From IMG/VR virus record IMGVR_UViG_3300021512_000003, positions 1 through 64,000 of that record: a DNA stretch of 64,000 bases; one strand, written 5' to 3'. Below are positions 8,268 through 18,601 of this stretch, in pieces; within the stretch, counting starts at the first letter, position 1, and every line of letters begins with the position of its first letter. Position numbers and translations under genes: made by a program. The notes under the pieces are model-generated. The model was not told where the DNA came from, searched no databases, and saw only the letters and a program-made list of their open reading frames with translations. Source of the DNA: a virus.

Positions 8268-9254
8268 AAAATCAATACCAGTATTATAGCAAGAGAGTTT
8301 ACACATAGCAAGCTGTTTAGTGCTCTACTTTCCTTTCACCCACAGTATCAATTAAGATATAAGGTGTCCTATAGGCTCAGTGTAGGCTATAGTGCATCCC
8401 TTATCATTACTAAGTAATACATAATAAGAAGTGTATCATCAACTAACCAATAATACACAACATAAAGAAGTATGTAACACTTATTAGAATCACTTAATGT
8501 AATTCTGTATTCCCTATTGATAGTAGAGTAGTTAACTTATCGTGCTAGTTTTAGAGTTAGTCTCCGTCCTCCCCAAGGGGAACAGGCAAAGAGGATTACC
8601 CTCTTATAAGAACATGTCTTATCCAGACACATTCACACCATAGCTCACGTTTAGAAGAGCATCCATGATAGGTTCAGGACACTCTTACACCATCTCTTCT
8701 TGGCTGTCAGGGAACAGAGAGCATAACCCTCTGTCGGCACCCCCGCCTCACTCCCTCTTATCTTCTACTATAAGCTGGAGAAGTGCTTAACTACTTACTA
8801 GGCTACTTCGTATCTTAACCCACCCAAAGGGTTATCATTTTATAGAAGGATACACTTCTTACAAAGAAGAGAGTATTTCTACCCACTCAGTAATAGTTTA
8901 CACTATGTTTTTAAAAACACTAGCACCCTAAAGCCCAACTATGTTCAGTAAGTTACAAAATAATCAAGAAAGAAGCCTTTTAGAGAGTGCTAGTACCTGC
9001 TATACTCGTAGTATACTTAAACAGCTACTATGAAAACTCACTTAACTTAAAGGCAAGCTACAGTCGTTATGGACGGGTGGAGGGCATGATTGAAAAGTTA
9101 TATATATGCTATAAATGTTTAATGGTGCAAAGTAAAAACGAAATGCGCAAACCTGGGAAAGTGAAGGGTTTGAGTCTTGAGAGTAGTAGAAATATTAAAA
9201 TGTGTAAATCTTGTAGTTGTAAAGTATTTTTAACGTGAAGATGTAGGAGGTTTT

Positions 9255-9548
9255 ATGAGCTATGATATGGATATAGGAAGTGAAGATTTTAACTACACAT
9301 ATAATGTTTCTGAAATGTGGTACGACTGCTACCCAGATAAAGGAATTAGAGAGCATTACGGGTTATCTGGAGAGGAAGCAGTGCCAGTGCTTAGAGAGTT
9401 GAGGGAGCATATGGAAGATAACGCTGGAAAATTAAGAGAAATGGAGCCTGATAATGGATGGGGAAGTTTTGATGGTGCTCTTAAGTTTGTCAACAAGCTC
9501 ATAGCAGCATCCCTGTGGAACCCGAACGCGTTATGGCAAGGGGACTAA
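9255..9548 (+). CDS. Conserved phage hypothetical protein
   Basis: AGGAGG RBS; NYTYNVSEM...PDNGWGS motif common in phage proteins. Confidence 0.75.
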   Translation: MSYDMDIGSEDFNYTYNVSEMWYDCYPDKGIREHYGLSGEEAVPVLRELREHMEDNAGKLREMEPDNGWGSFDGALKFVNKLIAASLWNPNALWQGD

Positions 9549-9551
9549 TCA

Positions 9552-9613
9552 CACTAATTATTGTGCTAAACGGCAAGCGCCAGCGAAGTCAGGTTTTCAG
9601 TGCTATGTTATAT
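9552..9613 (-). other. Degenerate attC-like site in the opposite orientation
   Basis: Minus strand ATATAACatagcactgaaaacctgacttcgctggcgcttgccgtttagc; core nearly the same as attC 60982; R' GTT changed to ATT. Confidence 0.6.
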
Positions 9614-9782
9614 TTTAATTGTGAGGCTTAGTATGGTAGATGGAGAAGAACTGATTAGATTGATTTGCAAGAAATTAGCAGCGGAAGACATCCGGCTTTA
9701 TGACTCCGAGATCGTTAACGCGATAAGCGGGTTGAATGAGGTAGATTTAAAAAAAAAAAACTTCTAACTCCGGAGAAAGTAA

Positions 9783-10088
9783 ATGATAAGTTTAGACCAA
9801 ATAGCTCGAAGACTTCCCACAGAGTTAGTGCCTAAAAGGCTGACTAGCGCCTCTTTGCTTGCAGCTATTAGTCAGCTAAAGGTTGAGCGCAATAACGCTG
9901 TAGTTGAGGCTGAAGACTTTAGCAGAGGTGCTGCTGCTGAAGCATATCAAGTGATAGGGGCAATAGCGTACGATCAACAGATATTCGACAACCCAAACAT
10001 ACAAAGAGCACTAGATTACTTTAGTGATACTGCGGATGGAGAGAGGGGCAGTAGAGTGAAAGACGACATCCTGCCTTTTTCTTTATGA
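9783..10088 (+). CDS. Hypothetical protein
   Basis: GGAG RBS; 101 aa. Confidence 0.65.
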   Translation: MISLDQIARRLPTELVPKRLTSASLLAAISQLKVERNNAVVEAEDFSRGAAAEAYQVIGAIAYDQQIFDNPNIQRALDYFSDTADGERGSRVKDDILPFSL

Positions 10089-10125
10089 CTCCACTAATAA
10101 CAATAAAAATAAACAAGAGGACAAT

Positions 10126-10314
10126 ATGAGATGTAAGGCATGTAATAAACAGATAGAAGAGGCAACAGAGACAATAGACTCTTTAACAGAGGGCTTATGT
10201 TACCGTTGTTTTTTCAGAGGGTGCGAGGTTTACACATACGAAGGGGACCACCCCTTTACACTTAAAGCCGCTCTAACAGGCGTAACACCTCCATGTAGGG
10301 TTGAGTATGAGTGA
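10126..10314 (+). CDS. Small Zn-finger protein
   Basis: MRCKAC...LCYRC; GAGG RBS. Confidence 0.65.
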   Translation: MRCKACNKQIEEATETIDSLTEGLCYRCFFRGCEVYTYEGDHPFTLKAALTGVTPPCRVEYE

Positions 10315-10858
10315 ACAGAGTACGGAGTGTGGCTGGCCTAATCTGGCGTCAGCTAGGGCAATATTCGAGAGTTCAGACTCACTTCTTCTTTATGCTGCAA
10401 GGAGTGACCACAAAGCTCTTAAGAGTCTCTTTCTCTCTGCGGGTGTTGGGTTGACTTGGTGCTACTCAAGAATAAGAGAGAAAAATATAGATCTAAAACC
10501 TATTAAGGAACTCTTTATAAAAGAGGCATTCTTCGACACTGGCTGGTTTGATGATGAGTATTCTCTTGAAGACGGTGAAGATTTCAAACACTACTCAAAG
10601 AATCTATATATCACAAACTATGGGACACCACTCCTAAAATGTAAAATAACGTATAGAGGAGTAGAGTTTACTAAGTATAGGGCAGCAGTAAAAAACATCA
10701 TCAATAGGTACTACAGAATAAAGACAGACAGACTCTATGTTCACAAGATAGTGGCCTCTGTGTGGGTGGAGAACAAAAAGCCAAACACCTATAAAAAGGT
10801 TAGCCATAAGAACAAAAACACACTAGATAACCACTATTTTAACCTTTATTGGACATAA
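10301..10858 (+). CDS. HNH-family endonuclease-like protein
   Basis: C-terminal VHKIVA...VSHKNKNTLDNHYFNL (HNH_3-like). Confidence 0.6.
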   Translation: MSMSEQSTECGWPNLASARAIFESSDSLLLYAARSDHKALKSLFLSAGVGLTWCYSRIREKNIDLKPIKELFIKEAFFDTGWFDDEYSLEDGEDFKHYSKNLYITNYGTPLLKCKITYRGVEFTKYRAAVKNIINRYYRIKTDRLYVHKIVASVWVENKKPNTYKKVSHKNKNTLDNHYFNLYWT

Positions 10859-11210
10859 TTGCAGATACGGTTCTAGTAAAATTCAAAACATGCTGTAAAC
10901 TATTACTGAGTAGGGTGGTAAAACACATAGAGTGGTTTGTAAGGATGACATCTCCTAAATCAGCACAAAGAGCTACAGGCTTATATTGAAGAGGTATCCA
11001 GCCTTTGTTTGTGTTCCTACTCAACCCATCTACAGACATTCATGGAAGACCTTCCCAAGGTTGTCTCCAGTATCTCCCAACTAACAGGAGAGTTTGTAGG
11101 TGTTTCGCAGGGATACAAGAATAACAATATTCCCTGCTTTTTATAACAGACAGATCAAAGGAACCTCTCTCTGAGATGTGTTCCTTTCTTGGTTTGTGTT
11201 GGAGGTTTTT

Positions 11211-11525
11211 ATGTCGTGGGAGAAAGGTAAATCTGGTAATCCAAGAGGAAGACCAAAGGGTGCTAAAGCAGCCATACCGTCTAACAAAGCGATCAAAGAC
11301 GCATTTAAGAAGAACTCAAACGAAGCTCTAGTTAAACTTCTCTCAATACTCCGTACAAGTGAGGATGAGGGTAATCAGCTTAAGGCTGCAGTAAAGATTC
11401 TTGATGTGACGTACAATATTGTTGTTGTAGAAGAGAGAGAGGCTGCTTTAAAGAAAAACGGTGTTATGGATGAAGAGCCTTCAGAGCAAAAGCCTCCAGT
11501 AATCTCTCTTAGGGCAGTAACTTAG
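11211..11525 (+). CDS. terS: Terminase small subunit (probable)
   Basis: GKSGNPRGRPKG motif; GGAGG RBS before ATG 11211; directly upstream of terL. Confidence 0.7.
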   Translation: MSWEKGKSGNPRGRPKGAKAAIPSNKAIKDAFKKNSNEALVKLLSILRTSEDEGNQLKAAVKILDVTYNIVVVEEREAALKKNGVMDEEPSEQKPPVISLRAVT

Positions 11526-11533
11526 GAGGTTAG

Positions 11534-14027
11534 ATGGAAGAAGATGTAATACTTGCTCCTCAGAAAGGCAAGCAAGAGTTAATGTTAAATGTAGAGGCAG
11601 ACGTTATCTTTGTAGGAGGTGCCGCAGGTAGTGCAAAGAGTTACACACTCCTTATGCGACTCTTGAGATATATCTCTGATCCAAATTTCAGAGCTATCTA
11701 CTTCAGAAGAACTACAACTCAGCTAGATGGTGCTGGTGGTCTTTGGGAAGAAGGTAAGGAGATGTACTTACCGTGGCGACCTAAGGTTAGAGAGAAAGAT
11801 CACACGTTGAAGTTCCCCTCTGGCGCTCTTGCTAAGTACGGCCACCTAGAGCACGAGAAGAATAAGATAGACCACCAAGGGTTACAGTATTCCGCAATAT
11901 TCTGGGATGAGTTGACACATTTCACTAAAGGCCAATTCACCTACCTACTCTCAAGACTCCGATCTAAGGCAGAAGGTAGTTCCTTTACAATGGGCAGTAT
12001 GAACCCTGACCCCGATTAATTTTAGTCGCTTCTGTGAGAAATCATAGTCGAAAATTTACTTAATTCAGGGGAAGCCCTATCGCAATAGCGAGGGTAATCC
12101 TGAGCGATTTTATCAACGAAGAGTAGTAGTTGAGATGAAAGCAATAAAAGATTTTGAAGGTTTTTATAGTATAACAAGAGAAGGTGATGTATATAGCCAC
12201 ATGGCTGGAAGGTTTAGAAGACTTTCTGCAAACAGTTCTGGCTATAAAGTTATTTCACTACATAAAGATTCAGTGAAGACCCAGCACCTCATACACAGAC
12301 TTGTTGCTCAAACCTTCATACCAAACCTAGAAGAGAAGCCTTGCGTAAACCATCTTGACAAAGACAGGTTGAACAATGCTGTAAAAAACCTAGAATGGTG
12401 TACCTATTTAGAAAACAATCTTCACTCACTGGAAGGCAAACTTGTGGGAAGTAGGCGGGAACACTCTTGCCGAGTAGCCCACACGGTCATAGCTTACACA
12501 ATGGATGGTTGGAGAGCTAAAGATATAGCTACCTCCCTAGACATACCTTTAGGGGGTGTTAAGCAAATACTCTTTGAACCCTCTTACGAGGATGTAAGGG
12601 AAGAGTATGACTGGAGCAACAGGCCAACAAAATCAGCCTCAATACAGGGTGAAGTGGTTGTGCGGATTTGCAAGCTGCTAGAACAGAATGTTCCTTATAA
12701 AGGTATTTCTGACCTAACAGGCGTGTCAAAGAAGAAGATAGGTAATATCAAAAACAGAGTCTCTTATAAGAGACTCTCTGAAGGCTTTCATTTTTAAAGT
12801 TGTGCAACGATCAGTCCATAGGACGTAGGCCAGAAGCTAATGCTGGTCGAAACAGTAGACACCTTAGTGCTTAGGCAAAGGTGGTGATATGATCTAGTCT
12901 GCATAGAGATATGCAGCAGCCTTAGAAGGCGGGGAACAGTTTGCGTCTGTTCTTGAATATAAGCGAGTTGGGTTCTTAACTGGGTTGAGTGGTACTTGGA
13001 TGATGAGGGCTACCCAGACCCTAAGAAGTGTGGACAGATAAGGTATTTTGTTGTTATTGATGGTGATCCTGTATTCAGGAATACTCGAGAGCAGCTTATA
13101 GAGGAGTTTCCTAATAGTTGTTATGTTAACAACAGAGATGCAGGAACAAAGATATTAGTCCCACCTAAAAGTTTTACATTTATTGGTGCAACAATCTTTG
13201 ATAACCCCGCGCTAATAGAAGCTAACCCAAACTACCTTGCAGAGCTTCAGTCTCTCCCTAATATTGAGAGAGCAAGGCTGTTGGACGGTAATTGGTATGC
13301 AAGACCTAAAGGTTCCAACTACTTTGAGAGAGATTGGCTTGTAAAGGTGGATAAGGTGCCTCTTGGATGTCTAACTGTGAGAGCATGGGACAAGGCTGCA
13401 AAAGAGCCAAGTGAGAAGGACAGATACCCAGACTACACAGCCTCAACAAAGCTTAGTAAGTGTAAGGATGGGTTTTACTACATTACAGGTAACTACATTA
13501 CTGAAGGCTCAGATCTTGATAGTGAGATCATAGGTCGCTTTAGGAAAAGGTGTGGTGAGAGGGACAAGGTTATTGAGAGGCAGTCAAGATCAGATGGTTC
13601 TGATTGTATAGTTGTCCTCGCATGTGACCCTGGTAGTGCAGGTATTTCAGAATTTCAAGCCTCTTCTATGAAGCTACTAGCAGAAGGTTTTGTTGTAAAG
13701 AAAGACCCTATGGCTATCACTAAGACAAAGGTTACGAAGTATCACCCCTTTGCATCTGCTTGTGAGAATGGCTTGGTTAGGATAGTCGAAAGCAGTTTCC
13801 CAAATAAAGCTACACTAGATCAGTGGTACAAGGAGAACGAATCCTTTAGCGAGGAACGCTCTTCCACTACTAGGAAAGATGATTGGCCTGACAGCGTAGC
13901 ATCTGCATTTAACTATCTTTGCAAAGAGAAGGTTATACCTAAGTTTAATTTATCTGCTTGCACTAGAGATATTACTTCCACAAGCGGGAAACAAGCAATA
14001 CACGACATCAACCCAATAAGAAGATAG
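11534..14027 (+). CDS. terL: Terminase large subunit, spliced (exons 11534-12016 and 12966-14027)
   Basis: Walker A GGAAGSAKS, Walker B IFWDE, RAWD and DDWPD nuclease motifs; splicing restores NPDPD-SWVLNWVEWYLD in frame. Confidence 0.92.
12017..12965 (+). mobile_element. Group I intron in terL
   Basis: P1 CGAU|U pairs with AGUCG with U.G at the splice site; AATTCAGGGGAA and GGTAATCCTGAGC (P/Q); CAACGATCA and GATATGATCTA (R/S); terminal G. Confidence 0.9.
12135..12797 (+). CDS. Intron-encoded NUMOD4-HNH homing endonuclease
   Basis: KAIKDFEGFYSIT; IHRLVAQTF...VNHLDKDRLNNAVKNLEW. Confidence 0.9.
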   Translation: MKAIKDFEGFYSITREGDVYSHMAGRFRRLSANSSGYKVISLHKDSVKTQHLIHRLVAQTFIPNLEEKPCVNHLDKDRLNNAVKNLEWCTYLENNLHSLEGKLVGSRREHSCRVAHTVIAYTMDGWRAKDIATSLDIPLGGVKQILFEPSYEDVREEYDWSNRPTKSASIQGEVVVRICKLLEQNVPYKGISDLTGVSKKKIGNIKNRVSYKRLSEGFHF

Positions 14028-14035
14028 GAGGCACT

Positions 14036-15541
14036 TTGTCAAAGAAGAGAAGCAGGGTGCCTCGGACGGCTCGGGTACGCAAGCAAAAGAACACCAACAT
14101 AAGAACTACTACAAACCTCAACCCAGCAACACAGCGTATGCGGGTAGGCGCTTACTCTGCACCATCACTGTCTACAGTGCAAGGGTACATCTTAGAGGAG
14201 GCACGAACAGAGCTACGCTTCCCCCGTTCAACAGCTATATACAAGACTATGCTGCTAGATGCTAACATAGCTGCTGCATTGAACATAATAGAGGTGATGA
14301 TAAGCAGGGTTGCATGGGAGGTTGTTGTACCAAAAGATGCTTCAGAAGAGGAGCAAACTAGGGCAGAACAACTTAACTACAACATGCTTACGATGGAGAG
14401 ACCTTGGGAAGAGTATATAGGGGAGACACTCTCTTATCTTACTTATGGGTTCCATACACCTGAGAAGCTGTATGAGAAATTTGTAGGTACGCCAGTAGGT
14501 GATTTTGTTGGGTGGAAAGATTTTAGAACCATCTCTCAGGACACTGTGAGTAAGTGGATCTTTGATAAGCAGTCAGGGACACTTGCAGGCTTAAAGCAAG
14601 ACACAAATAGAATACCTTCAGACTTCAGGACAACAGTAGGTACAGGTGAGGTTCCTCGTAAGAAGTTTATGCTGTTCAGGAATGCTCCTAAGAGAGACAA
14701 CCCAGAAGGTGTAAGTCCTCTTAAGAGTTGCTATGTTTCTTGGAAGTATAGAAGTTTAATCGAAGAGTTAGAAACTATTGGTGTTTCAAAAGACTTCGGA
14801 GGAACACCTCTTATAGGAGTTGACGTAGCATATCTTGCTAAAGCCTCAGCAGACCATACAAGCCCAGAAGCCTCTGTAGTACAAGAGTTAAAAACTCAAG
14901 CTGCTAACCTCCACGTAGGAGAGCAGAGCTACGGCATCATCCCTATAGCCTATGATGACAAAGGGAAGCCTTTGTTTACTTTTGATCTTAAGGGAATCGA
15001 GGGCGGCGGTAAGCAATACGACAGTTCTGAAATTGTAAAGAGGCATGACACCAAAATATTGATGACATTCCTTGCTGACGTTCTTAAGCTGGGAAGTGAC
15101 CAGCATGGGTCATTCGCTCTTGCAGAGAATAAGAATAGCTTGTTAGCAATGGGCATTGAGCACCACCTTAAGAATATTCAACGTACACTAAACCACGACT
15201 TAATACGTCAAACTTATGAGTTGAATGGTTGGGACTTTGACCCAAGGAAGGCTTGCAGGTTTGAATTTGGGGATCTTGAAGACAGGGATATTGATACACT
15301 GTCCAAGTCACTCCAGAGGGTAGCAGCTACAAACTTATTACGCCCTACAGAGGATATAGAGGACACAATCCGATGTAAATTTTTAGACCTTCCACCACTA
15401 AAAGAGTCAGATACAACACTCCTACCTGTAGTAGCTATGGTTAGCAGGAGTGGAGACGGTATGGCCTCTGGCTTAAACGATGGTGTTGGAGAGTCTTCTT
15501 CTGAAGGCGATGATAACTCAATTAGTAATAAAGAAAACTAA
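14036..15541 (+). CDS. Portal protein
   Basis: 501 aa after terL; NPEGVSPL and GSFALAE motifs of phage portals. Confidence 0.85.
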   Translation: MSKKRSRVPRTARVRKQKNTNIRTTTNLNPATQRMRVGAYSAPSLSTVQGYILEEARTELRFPRSTAIYKTMLLDANIAAALNIIEVMISRVAWEVVVPKDASEEEQTRAEQLNYNMLTMERPWEEYIGETLSYLTYGFHTPEKLYEKFVGTPVGDFVGWKDFRTISQDTVSKWIFDKQSGTLAGLKQDTNRIPSDFRTTVGTGEVPRKKFMLFRNAPKRDNPEGVSPLKSCYVSWKYRSLIEELETIGVSKDFGGTPLIGVDVAYLAKASADHTSPEASVVQELKTQAANLHVGEQSYGIIPIAYDDKGKPLFTFDLKGIEGGGKQYDSSEIVKRHDTKILMTFLADVLKLGSDQHGSFALAENKNSLLAMGIEHHLKNIQRTLNHDLIRQTYELNGWDFDPRKACRFEFGDLEDRDIDTLSKSLQRVAATNLLRPTEDIEDTIRCKFLDLPPLKESDTTLLPVVAMVSRSGDGMASGLNDGVGESSSEGDDNSISNKEN

Positions 15542-15566
15542 CCCTACAAAATAAAGGTATAACAGC

Positions 15567-15968
15567 ATGGCTCTTGGTTTTATAGTAGCACTACGGAATA
15601 GTCGCCTAGACGAAGTTACAACACTTATTGATGGTGGTGCAGGTGCAGGTCTTTTACGTATCTATGATGGTACACGCCCAGCAACAGGTGGCACTGCAAC
15701 TACTTTGCTCGCAGAGCTTACAATGAGTGACCCATCCTTCCCAGCAGCCTCCTCTGGGGCAATGACAGCTAACGCCATCTCTGATGACACCAGTGCAGAT
15801 GCTGCTGGCACAGCTACATGGTTCCGGCTTACAGATAGTACAGGAGCTGCTGTTGTAGACGGAGATGTTGGTACATCTGGATCTGACTTAAACCTCAACA
15901 CTACAACCTTCAGTGTTGGTCTAAATGTGTCTGTTACTTCTCTTGTCCTTACAGCTGGGAATCCGTAA
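15567..15968 (+). CDS. Virion structural protein (putative)
   Basis: LRNSRLD...IYDGTRPA...GTATWFR family; Gly/Thr/Ala-rich. Confidence 0.6.
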   Translation: MALGFIVALRNSRLDEVTTLIDGGAGAGLLRIYDGTRPATGGTATTLLAELTMSDPSFPAASSGAMTANAISDDTSADAAGTATWFRLTDSTGAAVVDGDVGTSGSDLNLNTTTFSVGLNVSVTSLVLTAGNP

Positions 15969-16172
15969 GAGGTTATCCTATGCTTTCAGATGAAAGTGCC
16001 TTAGAAGATAAGGCACGAGAACTGTATGAAACACTCTACCAAGACCCTCTCAATCAGATGCAGAAATACTTCCCAAGGTGTTGGGAAGAGATGGAAGAGG
16101 TTACAAAAGATTGGTGGGTTGCTTTAGTAAGTGATGCACAGGTTGACTAACAGACTGCTACAGGGGTTATTG

Positions 16173-16595
16173 ATGAGCATATTGAGTAACGAGCTAGCAC
16201 TACCAGCGTACAGCGGGTTGAGTGACGTGGACGCAGCAACACTGCTGAATGACCCAGTGATTGCAATATTACAACCAATCCAATGCTACAGCATTCGAAG
16301 ATACATGCTGCTGGGTGGCCAGTGGCTTGATCTAAAAAGATCTACCAGTGATGCAGCAGAGATTGCTCGTGACGCGCTGGAGGAGTTTGATCAGTTTGAT
16401 ATTACTGACCCTACGGTGCTAGCTGTATTGGGTAATATTCTGGATGGGCTGGTGGATGATACCGCACTGGCTAATTTTGACGCAACAAACAAGGCAACGA
16501 TTCTGGCGCTGGGCGACACGACTGAGAGCCGCGCTCAAGAGCTAAACATTCGTGTCGAAGTTGCTGACGTTCAAAAAATTAGAGGTACTGCATAA
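16173..16595 (+). CDS. Hypothetical protein, likely virion-associated
   Basis: ORF in head operon; start placed at MSIL. Confidence 0.55.
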   Translation: MSILSNELALPAYSGLSDVDAATLLNDPVIAILQPIQCYSIRRYMLLGGQWLDLKRSTSDAAEIARDALEEFDQFDITDPTVLAVLGNILDGLVDDTALANFDATNKATILALGDTTESRAQELNIRVEVADVQKIRGTA

Positions 16596-16987
16596 TGTCC
16601 AGAGGATTCGATAGGTTTCTAACACCAGCATTTACAGCGCAAGCCAGCGCGGCTATCGCTTCTGGCGGATTTAGTGCCGGAGCACAGACGGACTACAACA
16701 CACTAGCAGGAGAAAATCTTGACGGTTGTTCTTCTGCATCAATCGAAATTGATGTAACTGTGTTTGCAGCAGCCGGAGCTTGCCAGATTTGGCACGAAGC
16801 AAAGCAGCATGACGACACAGGGTACGCTGAGCCTAGACTTGTAGGCAGGGCGACAATCGCTGGCGCAGGGAAGCACACAGAGATAATTCACGGCTTGGGG
16901 AGAAAGGGTCGCATCAAGCTGAAAGCTATTGATCAGAATATTACAGCAAGCGCGTCAATGCTCGGTATGTACACAGCAGACGTGTAA
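16595..16987 (+). CDS. Hypothetical protein, likely virion-associated
   Basis: Translationally coupled (TAATG). Confidence 0.6.
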   Translation: MSRGFDRFLTPAFTAQASAAIASGGFSAGAQTDYNTLAGENLDGCSSASIEIDVTVFAAAGACQIWHEAKQHDDTGYAEPRLVGRATIAGAGKHTEIIHGLGRKGRIKLKAIDQNITASASMLGMYTADV

Positions 16988-18192
16988 TGGCTCTCTTAAT
17001 CCCACGAGAAAAAGAGTTCTGGCAGCGTAAGCCTACATCACGTCAGACAATAGACTACAGCAATCAGTTTGCTGATAGTCTCGTTGCGTGTGTTGTTACA
17101 GACGAAGTTGATCTAGTTAGTGGTATTAAATACAGGAACCGAGTGGATTACGGGGAGTATATTCATTTTGATGATGTCGGGTATAACGCTGAGCTAGATA
17201 CGCAGGCAGGGACGATTATATTTGATGCAAGAGAAGATACGCTTACAGCTGATTGGTCTAAAATTGGATACGGGCATTCGCCGACTGTAGAAGATCGCCA
17301 GATGGTCGCATTCTGTAAAGATAAACACCCGACAAATAGGTGGATTTGGGTAGCAAATGGGAATGGGTCATACGCAATAGACGATACGATCCCCACCGTA
17401 GAAAAAGGCATAATCTGTATAAGTTACGACTCAAATAACGTGACAACTGATGCAGTTCACTACCATAGGAATTCTCAGCTAACTGCTGCAAAAGCATGGT
17501 TCGGCCCACCTTTGACAACAGACACAAGAAAGCGTATCAGCTGCGAAGGCACACACGCAGTAAAATTCTTCCACATACTCAACCGTGCGCTAGACGATGA
17601 CGAATCAGTTTGTCTGTCAGATGCACCGTACCAGGTTTTAAAGAAAAAGAAGACAATCTTTTTGCTGCCCACTGAGGTACTTGGTTCCTTAGACTCCACC
17701 ACTTCAACAACAACAAGTACAGCAAGTGGTAAATTAGGGGCCATAGCCTCTCTCTCAGAGGTCTTAGGTGGTAGTACTAATGCAGGTACTGGTAGTCTTA
17801 AGAATGTAGGGTCTCTCTCAAAAGTACTCTCTAGTACTTCACAAGACTCAGTAGGCACCCTCTCAACAGCTGGCGTAATAGCAGAGACACTCACAGGCAG
17901 TGCTAGCTCTGCTTCTGGTGTTCTAGGTACTTCTGGAAGCCTCACAGAAACTCTTGACGCAACACCACTCAGTGGTTCTGGTGTCATAAGTAACACAGGC
18001 TATATTTCAGAGGTTACAGGTAACACAAGTAGTGTGGTGTATGGTCTACTTTCCTCTGTTGGTAATGTTGGAGAGACTCTTAGTAACACTATAATCAGAT
18101 CAAGTGGTGTTGTTGGGGTGTTTGTACCTCTTATTCAGAAATCAACTTACATTATAAGTAAGCCTTTATTTACAACTGTGAAGTGCCACTAG
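16987..18192 (+). CDS. Virion fibre-like protein (lectin/LamG-like N-half, Gly/Ser/Thr repeat C-half)
   Basis: Coupled start; repeated GSLSEVL-type units. Confidence 0.55.
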   Translation: MALLIPREKEFWQRKPTSRQTIDYSNQFADSLVACVVTDEVDLVSGIKYRNRVDYGEYIHFDDVGYNAELDTQAGTIIFDAREDTLTADWSKIGYGHSPTVEDRQMVAFCKDKHPTNRWIWVANGNGSYAIDDTIPTVEKGIICISYDSNNVTTDAVHYHRNSQLTAAKAWFGPPLTTDTRKRISCEGTHAVKFFHILNRALDDDESVCLSDAPYQVLKKKKTIFLLPTEVLGSLDSTTSTTTSTASGKLGAIASLSEVLGGSTNAGTGSLKNVGSLSKVLSSTSQDSVGTLSTAGVIAETLTGSASSASGVLGTSGSLTETLDATPLSGSGVISNTGYISEVTGNTSSVVYGLLSSVGNVGETLSNTIIRSSGVVGVFVPLIQKSTYIISKPLFTTVKCH

Positions 18193-18227
18193 GGTTTAAC
18201 CTCCTTCAACCTTTATAAGGGAATAAT

Positions 18228-18596
18228 ATGAACATAGAGTTTGAAGCTGCCGAGAGCATCACTATTGATGTATCCACATTCCTCTCAGATAGAGGTGTTC
18301 TTGCAGGAGACATAACAGAAGTAGCCTACTTCATAAAAGTGGATGCAACTGATTTAGACGAAGATGCAATCGTAGAGAAGAAGCTAACTCTTGGAGAAGT
18401 GGTCTACATTGATCCAACTGTGGTAGTGAGGTTGGCTGTTACTGATTTTGGTACAACAGCTGACAAGCTACAAGTAGGGGAAATATATAAGGCAAAGCTT
18501 GGCTTTCTTGCTCCATCTAAAGGTTGGAGTAAATATCTGGAAGGCCCACTAGCTGATAACAGAGTTATAATAAAACAAGACTTTATAAGGGCATAG
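18228..18596 (+). CDS. Hypothetical protein
   Basis: 122 aa, RBS. Confidence 0.65.
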   Translation: MNIEFEAAESITIDVSTFLSDRGVLAGDITEVAYFIKVDATDLDEDAIVEKKLTLGEVVYIDPTVVVRLAVTDFGTTADKLQVGEIYKAKLGFLAPSKGWSKYLEGPLADNRVIIKQDFIRA

Positions 18597-18601
18597 AATA
18601 A

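Noticed and set aside
11534-14027. terL and primase-helicase as broken pseudogenes
   Set aside because: The interruptions are group I introns and splicing restores conserved motifs in frame
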